Translations under genes and position numbers: made by a program
Notes under the pieces: generated by a model
What the model saw: only the letters and a program-made list of their open reading frames with translations
Told to the model about the DNA's origin: nothing
Databases searched by the model: none
Assembly (NCBI GenBank): GCA_011109175.1
Contig: RDEW01000060.1
Coordinates: forward strand, 155,933-219,932
From: Dicyema japonicum
Lineage: Eukaryota; Animalia; Dicyemida
Length of the DNA: 64,000 nucleotides
Direction of reading: 5' to 3'
In this document: positions 1 to 12,049 of the stretch, piece after piece
Numbering within the stretch: the stretch's first letter is position 1
Layout of the letters: every line of letters begins with the position of its first letter

Positions 1-374
1 AATCAACATTGATTAAACTAATATATAATCTTTCAATTTAATGTATATATGTGAAATGTATATTATGGTCTGAGAATAATCAAAAACATGACACATGCAA
101 AGCTATAAACACTGTTTACATGCAACGCGGACGTGAATTAACTGACTATGATTAGTCCAAGAATAACCCAAATTTCAGAAATTGGCAAAATGCTATTCCA
201 TCGAACATTTTGTCAATGCCATCAAGCACTAATCAAAGATCAGATACATACTATTGAAGTATACCTCTAATGGATCTAAGATATAACAATAAATACCTCT
301 GAGAAATCTGAGATATTTAAATATATCTCTGTAGAACTAATAAATGATCTTTTTGAAGGATAAATAAGGGTTAA

Positions 375-436
375 ACAAAACAACAAACAAAACAACAAAC
401 ACACAACAAACACACAACAAACACACAACAAACACA
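375..436 (+). repeat. Short CA/A-rich tandem repeat (acaacaaacac-type units)
   Basis: aacaacaaacacacaacaaacacacaacaaacacacaacaaacac. Confidence 0.8.
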
Positions 437-3124
437 TTGCACGGCACAAGTATTTAATATTAATTCATGAGACCACGGTTGGTTTACCATATTATAATAA
501 ATTTATTATAAAATTTTAAATTTATTTATAACTCAAAATGGACACGAGTTCTTAAAATGGACAAAAACACAAAGCTAAAGAATTCAAAATGGACACGTGT
601 TCTTATGGTCTAAACTGCAATCAGTCGACAGCAGAAGCTTGGAAAATAATTCGTAAAATTTCACCTCATTTCATACTCTATAATTCTCAATTTCCCCGCC
701 CTATTAATGGGCTTATCAAATCTGAATAAGCGTCTGTTTTGGTCTTCACATTTTTGTTAGTAGCAGATTTTTTCCACCTGAGTGACCGGAGTGAATAAAT
801 AAGTATTAAAGTCACTCACAGAAGCCTAGAAAATTATTATCGAAGCGGACTTGCAGGTCTGAATAATTACGGAACGATTTGACACCTCTATTATGAATTC
901 ATCTCCAAACGAATAAATTAGATAAAAGAATATCTTGTCGTTACATTTGTATCGGCTATCGGACTGCTCACGTGTAATCATATGCCTTATCAAAAAAAAT
1001 ATTTTTCGTAAAAAAAACCTTCAAGAAAAACAGAAACCACGTAATCCATGGAAGCTACCAAGAATAAATTAATCGCAGTTACTCTCGATTGCATGGATGA
1101 TTGACCTGACTGTGATATCATCAAAATGTAGAGACGATTGCTGTCTATATCCTGAAGCGCAGAGGATGTGTCTGAAAACTTGCAGTGACTTTGATAAAAA
1201 TACGAGAATAACCGATCCTTACGGTTTCCACTCTTATAAAAGCTTTGACTGCAAATACTAGGCGAGTCACGCTTATTGTACTTCACGGATTGTTTCTACG
1301 ATCGAAAAGCAAAGCTACTAACATGCAGGAGGCGGTCGAGTCTTTAACGGTATGAACACTTTACTATTTCACTTTGCGAAGACTTCTGTAAGGATTGTAC
1401 GATTAGAAGGGATTGTAGCGATGAGGAAAAACACATTTATCGGGAATCGTGAAGAGTTGGATGATACTAAATGATTTTTTAAAAATCTGTTATTCTCAGA
1501 AAATATCCTTAATTTTAAATTTTGATAGGAAAATAATTATTTTAAGAAGTGGACAGATTAGAAATATTTGAGTACGTTTTATAAAGATTCCCTTAATAGA
1601 AATCTGATGCGTACTGCAAGTAGACTTAATAACATTTTGAAAAAAGGAAAAGGACGTATCGTTTAAGTTTTTTCGACAAATATCATACGGAACATGAACC
1701 AGGCGAGAAGACTTAAATATTATTTAACTTGAGCCTCTCTCGCTATCTCTGTAGAAATCAACTTGTGCCGATTATTTTAGCGGAATGTCGTCATTGGATC
1801 CACCTTACTAAGGAGACGTCTAATGCTTGGTCGGCATTTAAAAAGATCCAAATATTCTTTGCACAGTGAGACAATTTCGTTACCAGGAAGAGGTTCTTTT
1901 TTGACCAGCTAGATAGCGGTGTAAATATTTAGAAACAGGAAAAAAATAGACAACACACTACGCTCCCTTGAGCAAATTTTAAGTCAAAGTAACTACACGC
2001 GAAATATACGAGCTATCATGACCAATTCTACTGGATTTCACCAGAATTGCAGCAATATTTAGCAGATTTACATGTGGTATTGGGATTTCTCGCAGAGTTG
2101 ATGACGTATTCCTTATGAGAACACAGTAAGGGTTGGTAAGAGCACAGAGTATAAGCACCTGTTGTGTGTCATCACAGTACATCTCCCAGGAGACAATGAA
2201 GTGAAGTGAAAAACTTAATTGAAAAACTTAAGTCTCCAATCAATTGTAAGTTCTTAGTACTCTGAATTAGCAGAGCCAACAAACATACTAGAATAATTAC
2301 TATTGATCACCTACTGAGAAATCTGCTGGCCATGGTGTTTTATCTCATATTTTTACTGTAATCCCCGGTTTGTTGTGATGCTTATTCTTATAATGCAAGA
2401 AACAGATTTCACTTGTTTCATTTACGTTATGCACAACTACTTTATCCTCAGCTAAATGGACAGTTCTAGAATTAGCAGCCAATAATCTGCTTGTTCCGTC
2501 TCAATACAACGGAAACTTCAGAGTCCTTCCATTTTTGTTAATTACCCAATCTCACTAACCAGTGGAATGTTGTCTAAAATATTATTGATCGTGAGACCTA
2601 TGTTTACTATAGATAATTTACTCCCCCGTTCACTATGATGAGTTCCCACGACTACAAAAATCGGATACTTTCTTTATTTCAGATGGTTCCGAAAGCGTTC
2701 GATTGAAACTCTCGTTATTTTAAATTTTATAAATAAGAGATAAAAATTTATAAATGATATTTAAAAAAAGTTAATTCTTTGTTGTTGGTAAAGTAAAAAT
2801 ATTTATCAAGAATAAATGTGATATCCATTGAGGGATCTGGCTAAGAACAGAAAAGCCTGGAACAAACTAACTCTTTCTCTTATATTTTTTGCTGCACATG
2901 CGAGGCTATAAATATTATCGCTCTTGTGAAAGTGCTAATAATAAATGTGATATCATTCAACTCTGAACCCTAAATGTACAAGTATGAGTACTTTACCTTC
3001 CATTTCCGCCAACATGATGATTTTTAAATTTCTTGCAATTTTGATTAAATTTGACTATGAATCACTCTTTCTAATTACATTTAATTTTGTCTAAGCGTCG
3101 TTTAGTCGTCAAAAATAAACTTAA

Positions 3125-5990
3125 CCGAAAACTAGGAATTTGTAAGCATTGTTGGTNTTATTTCACTACCTAAAAGAGGAAATCTTCGTCGGCACTTTAA
3201 TACATTACATCCATATTTCAACAATGATTTTTCTTTAAATTCCATTGTACGTAAAGAGAAAGTCGAACAATTAAAAAATCTGTTTTTTCTCAACATATCG
3301 CTTGAAAAAACTTGTTAATTCGTCAAAATCCGCAAATTGCAACATAAAAATATATATCAATATAAAAATTATTATTTTTCATGTGGCTTGTTATGAGTGG
3401 TAGCAAAAAGTGTAAATTATATAAATTTAATGTCAAATGAAAAGAACACTATATTCTTACGATGCACATGGAAAAATGCACATGTTTGCTATGCAATGAA
3501 ATTATTTCACTACCTAAAAGAGGAAATCTTCGTCGGCACTTTAATACATTACATCCATATTTCAACAATGATTTTTCTTTAAATTCCATTTTACGTAAAG
3601 AGAAAGTCGAACAATTAAAAAATCTGTTTTTTCTCAACATATCGCTTGAAAAAACTTGTTAATCCGTCAAAATCTGCAAATTGCAACATAAAAATATATA
3701 TCAATATAAAAATTATTATTTTTCATGTGGCTTGTTGTAGCAAAAAGTGTAAATTATATAAATTTAATGTCAAATGAAAAGAACACTATATTCTTACGAT
3801 GCACATGGAAAAATGCACATGTTTGCTATGCAATAAAATTATTTCACTACCTAAAAGAGGAAATCTTCGTCGGCATTTTAATACATTACATCCATATTTC
3901 AACAATGATTTTTCTTTAAATTCCATTTTACGTAAAGAGAAAGTCGAACAATTAAAAAATCCGTCAAAATCTGCAAATTGCAACATAAAAATATATATCA
4001 ATATTAAAGTTATTATTTTTCACGTGGCTTGTTATGAGTTGTAGCAAAAATTAATACATTACATCCATATTTCAACAATGATTTTTCTTTAAATTCTATT
4101 TTACGTAAAGAGAAAGTCGAACAATTAAAAAATCCGTCAAAATCTGCAAATTGCAACATAAAAATATATATCAATATTAAAGTTATTATTTTTCACGTGG
4201 CTTGTTATGAGTTGTAGCAAAAAGTGTAAATTATATAAATTTAATGTCAAATGAAAAGAACACTATATTCTTACGATGCAGATGTATGCTATGCAATAAA
4301 ATTATTTCACTACCTAAAAGAGGAAATCTTCGTCGGCATTTTAATACATTACATCCATATTTCAACAATGATTTTTCTTTAAATTCCATTGTACGTAACG
4401 ATGCACATGTTTGCTATGCAATGAAATTATTTCATTACCTAAAAGAGGAAATCTTCGTCGACACTTTAATTCATTACATCTAAATTTCAACAATGATTTT
4501 TCTTTAAATTCCATTTTACGAAAAGAGAAAGTAGAGGAATTAAAAAAATCTTTTTTTTCTCAACATATAGCTTTTAAAAACTTGTTAATTCGTCAAAATC
4601 CGCAAATTGCATCATTGCGTGTCAGTCACCTACTTGCAAACCTTTTACTAATGGTGATGTTTTAAAATTTTGTTTTTTTGGAAGTTGCTGATTTATTGTT
4701 TGGAGATATGATTCATGAGAATAAATTTTGAGTATATTAATGAACCCGGAAAATCGTTTTTGTCAATATTTTAATATTTATTGAATATTCGTTTATATAT
4801 TAATAATTATTCAAATTATTAAATAATATGTAATAAGTTATTAAATGTTATTACTTATAACATTTTACATAATTAAAAATTGTTTCTGTTTGAGTTGTTT
4901 AAGTTATCTTATGATACAAAATATTTAAAAAATATTTGTATCAGGTTATAAAACTGTCAGAGATAATCTTCGAAGACCATTGGAAATTCTTTGGACATGT
5001 TCTAAACTTAGACAAGATGGTTAAACAAGGGATTAATTCTCACTCGTTTCAGAGAATTATTACCATATATTAAAAAATTTTTAAAAGAAATCAATAAGGA
5101 TTGGAATTTTTCTTATAATCCCGATTGGCTTTTAAACTTGGTATTGTTAACTGATATTACCACAAAATTGAATGAACTAAATTTGTAGTTACAAAAAACA
5201 ATAAATTTATTCTCGATATGATCAGCTAATAATTTTTTTCAAAATGAAGTTAGAATTGTGGATATCTCAAATCCAAAAGAAAATTTCACCCATTTTCCTA
5301 ATATTGAAGATGAATTCACAAAACAACTGGTTAATAAAAATCATGATGTCAAAGAATTGCTGTGGTACTACAAAATATAATGAACGAGTTTAATCACAGA
5401 TTTGGCTATTTTAAGGAAAAAACTCTTTTATGCACTTTCTTTGCTTCTCCGTTCATCGAGAGTGACCTCGAAAATGTTTCAGAATAATTTAGAAAGATTC
5501 TGACGTTGACCAAAAAAGATTCAAATAGAAATTATAAATCTAACAAATGACATCATTTTAAAAGTACATTCAAATGCCAACATGTGGAAATTTATGTCTC
5601 CATAAAAATATCCCATTTTGATTGATACGTATCAACGAATTTTTTCGTGCTTCGGAAGCACGTATTTATCCGAAACAAAATTTTTGAGCATGAAAATGAT
5701 TAAATCTCAACATAGGACTCCAAGATGGTCATCTAGGAACTGCGTGAGAATAGCAATAAGCTCATATAAGTCAGAATTCGAAATAATTGCAGAATTACAA
5801 TGCCAAAAATCCCATTAAATTTTTGTTATAAAATAATAATTCTCTCCCTTTTTGACGATTTTATTTCTTGTTCTTTTGTTTTGTTAAATAAATTCTAATA
5901 TTAAAAAATTATTATCAAAAAAATAAGTCGATCGCCAGAAAATAGCTATATAAAAAGTAGCTCGCGAGCGAAAAAGATTGGCCACCTTTG
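3125..5990 (+). mobile_element. Internally deleted hAT transposon (GTF2IRD2/SPIN-like) with tandemly amplified 5' zinc-finger region
   Basis: N-terminal CLLCNEIISLPKRGNLRRHFNTLH...LRKEKVEQLK and C-terminal FGSTYLSETKFLSMKMIKS...CVRIAISSY...QCQKSH (hAT dimerisation domain). A TIR-like ttggccacc lies near 5980. The catalytic core is missing. Confidence 0.85.
3161..4560 (+). repeat. Imperfect tandem duplication (about 337-bp unit, 4-5 full or partial copies) of the hAT 5' region
   Basis: The anchor atttcactacctaaaagagg (one variant) recurs near 3161, 3504, 3841, 4303 and 4431. Confidence 0.88.
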
Positions 5991-6003
5991 CCGTAAGTGA
6001 TTC

Positions 6004-6340
6004 ATTATTATTATTATTACACTCAGGATCACTGGGTCAAAGAGAAAGAAGTAAAAGTCTCATCTAGCTAAGTGATCCCAGACCGAAAAGGAGAGGACGA
6101 GTCCTGAGGGGTCGAGAATCCTGAACAGCTTTTCTCATTGGACATGGTATCGGTTCAAAATTTATGTATGATTGTAGATAATTCGATAGTGCATGGAATA
6201 GAGGGCAGCTCGGTAGAATAACATCCTTTAAGAGTTTCCGTTGTAATTCGATTAAGAAATTTTCAATGAACTGGATTTTGTGTTCTGGTCCAATTAACCT
6301 TATTGCAGTCTCCTCAATTGCGGATAGTACCAATGAGGAA
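6004..6340 (-). mobile_element. 5'-truncated LINE 3' end with stem-loop (6022-6081) and (TAA)n tail
   Basis: ORF 6064-6333 ends GLGSLS*; stem ctgggatcac...gtgatcctgag. Confidence 0.75.
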
Positions 6341-6399
6341 GTGATTCATTGAATTCATTAAATTCATTCTGCAATCAACAAAAATTTAAGTTTTTTTTG

Positions 6400-7195
6400 T
6401 AAATATTAGTTTTTTTTGTAATAACAATCAATAAAAATTTAAGTTTTTTTTGTAAAAACACCCCACTTTATTTAACAAACAATAAAAAAGTTAATATATT
6501 TAATCAACAACCTTCCTCGCCTGCCTGTTCGCCAGCCTCCTCAGGCAGGTTCGATTCTGGTTGTTGAAACAACTCCGAGAGCGCCTTGTCTAATTGAACC
6601 CTCTGCCCATATGGCATCTCAGGGCTCTGCCTCCTATACTCCAGTGTCAGGCTCTCTAGGGTCCGCTTTAACACAGTGGACTGTAGATAGGCCTGGAGCT
6701 TCCTATCTACCCCCAACTGCTTCAGATAACCCTTGTGGTACTTTGTTGCAATTCCTTCCCACGTCATTACTATAGGAATAACGAGGACCTTGCAACCAAA
6801 CATCTGCCCCATCTCGTTTGCAAGAAAGTCATACTTCCTTTTTTTCTCCACCTCCACAGTCTGCAAACGGTCTTGAGACGTGATGCCAACCTCTATGATA
6901 AGGACTTGGCCAGACTCCTTATCGTGTACCACAATGTCCGGTTTATTGTGCTTGACTAGCACCGAGGTACGGATAACACTGTCTACCTTAATTTGGACCC
7001 TGGTGTTCTCTACTACAGATTGCACCTTATGAGTCCGCAACTTTCTGGTTTGGCGAATACCATACTTATTGCATAGTAGAAGATGAAGACTCCTTACTAC
7101 CTCGTTGTGCCTCCACACATAGTCGTGGCAGAGCATGGATCCACATCGAGTGGCTAAATGATCAACCGACATGCTTTTTGACTTACAGTGTTCCT
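6400..7195 (-). mobile_element. 5'-truncated RLE-type non-LTR retrotransposon (R4/Dong/NeSL-like), intact C-terminal ORF 6504-7172
   Basis: Zinc-knuckle remnant DHLATRC, RHNEVV, KPDIVVHDK...IIEVG...EKKRKYD (PD-(D/E)xK restriction-like endonuclease). The A-rich tail has repeated tacaaaaaaaact. Confidence 0.9.
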
Positions 7196-7349
7196 TTTAT
7201 CAAAGACAAACATGTCTGGCTTATTATGCTCAATGATTATGTAAGGTGTAAACTAACTCACATCAATTGACTGCACTGAATGAGTCTATATTTCCTTTCG
7301 CTTTTCAGACCAAATTCCTCATGTAAAAATGGTGATATCAGACTACTTT

Positions 7350-7690
7350 AATTTAATTAACCCCGGAATAACGAGAAAGTCGACAAGAGTTATCGTCTAA
7401 TTATGTGATCCTGGTGTCCATACAAGTCCTTTTCATAGTTTGGAGTCCTGGATTAATCTCCACAACAGGGAAGGTTTCTTCTCGTATCTCTGTTGATGTT
7501 CGTTTGATGTTCGGCCCAAGGGGATTGGCAGGTGACTTTTCCATCTTGAAAAAGACCCAGTGGCGTTACACACTATTTCTTTTTGTCTTCTCACACAATC
7601 TCCATGCAGCATCTATCGCATTTTGCAGCACAGTCTTCTTCCACTTCCCACAAAGATCAATATCTTTAGTTCCCTGAAAAACAAGCTGTA
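7350..7690 (-). mobile_element. LINE 3' fragment with stem-loop tail (7361-7414)
   Basis: ggatcac-ataattag...ctttctcg-ttattccggg-gttaattaa. Confidence 0.65.
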
Positions 7691-9259
7691 TTGCTAAATC
7701 AAACAAAGCGAAACCTCCAACCTTGGAGAATCAATTTATCTTAAAAGTTATAAGTAATAATACAAACATAATCTTCCAATAAGTTCTTGTATATGGCAGA
7801 GTGTTACCTCATTACCTTAATCTGATTCATTAAATTTCCTTACTGTAGTTCAGACAATAACTTCATAAAACACACATAATGCTTATGCCGCAAAAATTCT
7901 TCAATAATATCAAAATGTGTTTTCTCAATAGTTTCACTTGAAAAATTTTGTAACTTCTTGTGCGGATCTGATTGTACAGAAAAACAAACAACATCCTCTC
8001 AATAAAGTGATTGAACGTCCTCTTCCAATATAGTTGCGCGGTAAATATAATCTCTGTTTATAAGCAGGTTGAGATAATTCCCCATTCATGAGACCACTAT
8101 AATAGTTACAGACAAACTAATGGCAAATTAATTTATGATGTTTGAATTTTTCCAGCAAATTCAAGAACTTGCAGCAACTCTGTCGATCCCATCAAGCATT
8201 TAACTTTGACAACACCATAGAATTTCTCTAGGCAACATTGAAAAATTCTGAAAATCGTTTTCGAGTGATTTCAAAGCATCCAAATAACTAAGAGAAAAAA
8301 AGTCAACCTGCAATGACATTTGCGTTTCCTTTCACAATCAACAACTCCAGGATGTGAAATGTCCACAAACGAATGAAAGGATTGAAAGAGGCTGGTAGAT
8401 CCTCCAAAACTTACTTCTAGTAAAAAGAGGAATCAACTCTCTAGGAATCCAACGAACTCAGAACCACGAAAACCTTAGAAGACTTTGAATGCAAACAAAT
8501 ATCTTATATAGAGTCTAAATTGTATTCCAATGTCTAACAATGATAAGACAAAGTCTACACTTGACTTCTGGACGTGGACACAACTAGTTTGATAAGCGAG
8601 AACAGGAATGATTCAAAGAACTTCGACTCACTGGAATGTAATGACAATAGAAACAGCACTCTCGAGGAATAAGACAAGCAAAGATTCATCGTCTGATATC
8701 CACGACAAATACCTCATAATTTTCACAAATTGGTGAGCAAAAATTTGAAAATATGGACATTTCAGGTCGCATGTCCTTCAACTGTCTCAAAATGGCGACA
8801 GCTCCGAATGCAAATGGAAGACAATACTTGTGTAAAATAAACAAATAACTTGGAAATGAATCATCATTCCGGCAATCTCGGATCTTAACATAAGAAGCTN
8901 TTCAGGTCGCATGTACTTCAACAGTCTCAAAATGGCGACAGCTCCGAATGCAAATGGAAGACAATACTTGTGTAAAATAAACAAATAACTTGGAAATGAA
9001 TTCATCATTCCGGCAATCTCGGATCTTAACATAAGAAGCTGCTTTTCCCACTAAAATCGCGGCATTTTCCATTCACCAAACTTAGCTAACATAAGAGAGG
9101 AGAAAATAGCATGTGATTGAATATTTCCGTTAACTAGTCGACCACATGTAATCTAGAAAACAAAAATTTATTTGATAATTAATTCAAGTAAATTTATTTT
9201 TAAAGTAATTTTAATTAATTAAAAAAAAGTAAAAATTCATAATTTATTTTATTTATTAA

Positions 9260-9311
9260 CCCCGGATACACCGAGAAAGAAGTTAAAGTAAACAACTAAT
9301 TAAGTGTATCC
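9260..9311 (-). repeat. LINE 3' stem-loop tail (mirrored at 31551-31601)
   Basis: GGATACAC ttaattag...ctttctcg GTGTATCC ggggttaataaat. Confidence 0.8.
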
Positions 9312-9665
9312 AATTGAAACGAAGTGGATTTCCGTTCTTCAGGAACGGTCTGTAAAAGGTCTCAGGAAATTCTACATTAGGAAAACTTTTTTAAGATAAT
9401 TTTAACAATATTGTGCAATCAATTACCTCAGCTGGATTACGTAATAAATTATTCAATTTTATTAAAAAATGTTATGATAACTAATAGAAAAGGGAGAACC
9501 AGATAATGGTCTCAAACATATTTTTTTTTTTTGTTTAGTGTAAGTCTTTATAAACGATCCGGTTCCTGGCCATGGAAACTCCCCAAAACATACCACAACA
9601 AAATGATTCAAATAAACATTCAAAATAACATGAAAATAATGGAAAACAAAATGTAATTTTTAGAT

Positions 9666-10144
9666 TTATTTTTTCACAACGTTTGGGGATTTGGGAGGAG
9701 TAGATTTCGGATGAGTTATGTTTGGAAGTTCTTGAGCCTTATATAAAGATTTAGGAACAGGCCGAGCCTTAAATACTTTTTGATTGGTATTGTCCTTTAG
9801 TGCAGAAACACTGGCTTAGTGGGTTTGTATTCAGGTTTGGGGGGTATATATCGAGTAGTAAGGATCTTTCTATTGAGAGGATTCGCTTTGAATGTTTTCC
9901 TTAGCGTTTCTTTAATCAATACCTTAGCTCATCCTCTTCCAACTGCTGGGTGCTCTTAATTTCACATTTTTTTGTCCTGCTAGCCGAAAACTTGAATTCT
10001 TTGGAATCGTAGGTTTTAGGACATTGTGAGGCTTCTAATTTCATTATTTTTGTTACCTTGTTATCCTGTTGAACTTCTATTATTAAAATTACTTAATTAC
10101 TTTTATAATTTTTTTTGATACTCTAACGAATCACGAGGTAGCAT
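9666..10144 (-). CDS. TPX2-like protein, left-arm copy
   Basis: Reverse-complement near-duplicate of 30715-31195 with the same intron positions; ends ...HPKSTPPKSPNVVKK*. Confidence 0.62.
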
Positions 10145-11627
10145 TGCTCGACAAAATTCGTTGTATATTATTTATGTAATTTATTTATTTTATTTATTCA
10201 ATAAAATCAAAATTAATTAAATAAAATTGGTTATTTTAATTTAATTATCTAATTATAAATGTCATGATATTTTGCCATAAAATTCCATTTTAATGGAAAG
10301 ATTATTTTTGTTATTAATGAGTAAAATTATACAAAGATTTTTTTAATGTTTTACTTTTTATGAAGTTATAGATACAATTTTTGCCACTTTTTTGATTTTA
10401 ATGACATAATTCATTTTAATTGCCATAAATTCCATTTTTACAATTATTTAATTTTTTAATATAAAATAAAATAAGTAGGCACATAACACTAAAAGAGTAA
10501 TTAAATGAAGGAGAGTCCTGGTGTAGAGTCCAAATTTTCAGATCGGACTCAGATGTAATGCTTCTCAATAACTCTTAACTCTTTCCTTAATCAAATTGTT
10601 GTTGTTAGTCTCACGCAGATCCTTGGTGACCTTTTGGATCATTGATATATTTATTAAGCTAAAAGCCAATAAAAACAGATAGATTTTGAATGCTCTTATT
10701 CAGTAATTCAATTCTCTGAAGAAAAAAGTACTTAATGATCATGATTTCCAGATTAACCGACAAAAAAAGGATATTAGACGATCCTAATTTCCAGATTAAA
10801 TTTTAAGAAAAAATAAAGTTTTCTTGATTAAATCTAAAAGCAAAACTAATTTTGATTTCCTGATTAAATTCGAAGGATACAAGTGATTTCTTCGTAACCA
10901 TAAATGTGGTTATCATAACAATTCGGACGGTTAAGACTTAATGCTTTTATGTTTTGAAATTCAATGTATCCTATCGCACTTCTCTTAAAGTCAGAAGACA
11001 TTGGATATATTGAACTTTGTGAAATAAGGAAACATTTAAATGCCAGGATTTAAAACACGTTCAAATATAGTTGTTGAGTAAGCTAGACTGACAAGTCTGT
11101 GTCTTTCATACAAAATCTGAAATATTCAGAAGCCATATCGTTAGTTGACCCTGATAGTTATCGTGAAGGAAACGTCAATTACTTTGGCGGGAATAAGCAA
11201 ATAGACTGTTGAGATAATTAACAAAAACTTGTCTCCGTATTCACAAATTAGAGTAGCACGTGCCTCAGAGCTCTTTTCTGCACATCATTACGGCACTTCT
11301 TGAACAGATTAGCTTCTACAATGACTACATCAATGTTTGCATGACAACCGGTGCAAATGAAAGAAGGCAGTTCACACCTCCTCCCACTTGAAGAAACGTG
11401 AGGCACATGAGAATAAACTCCCTAGGTTTCCCGGAAATAAGCTCATGCCAAAAAGTAGTGCCAAAAATAATTAGCAATTCTTTTTTCTTCAATAGGCATA
11501 TTATCTTATTGGTCAAATGTGTTATTCGTCTACTTGTCAGGTGATGTCTTTTACATTCATCTTCAATCTCTAAGATTCTTGGATCCAACAGTCTTATGGG
11601 CCGTAATATAATTTTTTTATTATTTTA

Positions 11628-11690
11628 CTGGATACACTTAATTAGTTGTTTACTTTAACTTCTTTCTCGGTGTATCCGGGATAATAAATA
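11628..11690 (+). repeat. Solitary LINE 3' stem-loop tail
   Basis: ctggatacacttaattagttgtttactttaacttctttctcggtgtatccggg, with no recognisable LINE sequence upstream. Confidence 0.8.
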
Positions 11691-12049
11691 ATCATTGTAT
11701 AGCTAACCTGTTTTCTTTTAATTTTAACAGCATGGCATTGATGATTTTTTTGTGTCTCAATGTAAAGGGTATATCAGTGATTTTGTAGAATATGAAAAAA
11801 TTAAACAGATCTTATGTGGAATCGATCTTGAAGATATAAGTACTCAAATGAATCTGAGAGTAAGAGAAAAAGGCCTTTACATTTTTCGCTTAGAAACGAT
11901 AAGTTTAATTCTGATTTAATTCAGACTTTCCTTGAAAGGATAGACAGAACAGTTAAAATCTGGTTGGAGTGGGACTAACTACACTAATTGGTTAGAGGTG
12001 ACTAGGTGTGAGTCGTTAAGCTTCTGGGCGGCATAGGTACTCTACTACT

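Larger units (their letters stand above)
8661..11378 (+). repeat. Left arm of large inverted repeat IR1
   Basis: Reverse-complement match to 29420-32066, from ctcgaggaataagacaagc to cagttcacacc, with scattered substitutions and small indels. Confidence 0.93.

Noticed and set aside
8760-9040. 140-bp direct duplication in the IR1 left arm
   Set aside because: The two copies are separated by a single N at 8900 and the right arm has only one copy, so this is a contig-overlap artefact.
9260-9311. Reading the LINE tail motif as a twister, HDV or hammerhead ribozyme or a snoRNA
   Set aside because: It lacks the catalytic core consensus of those classes, and it always sits at ORF ends before a (TAA)n tail, as expected for a LINE 3' end.
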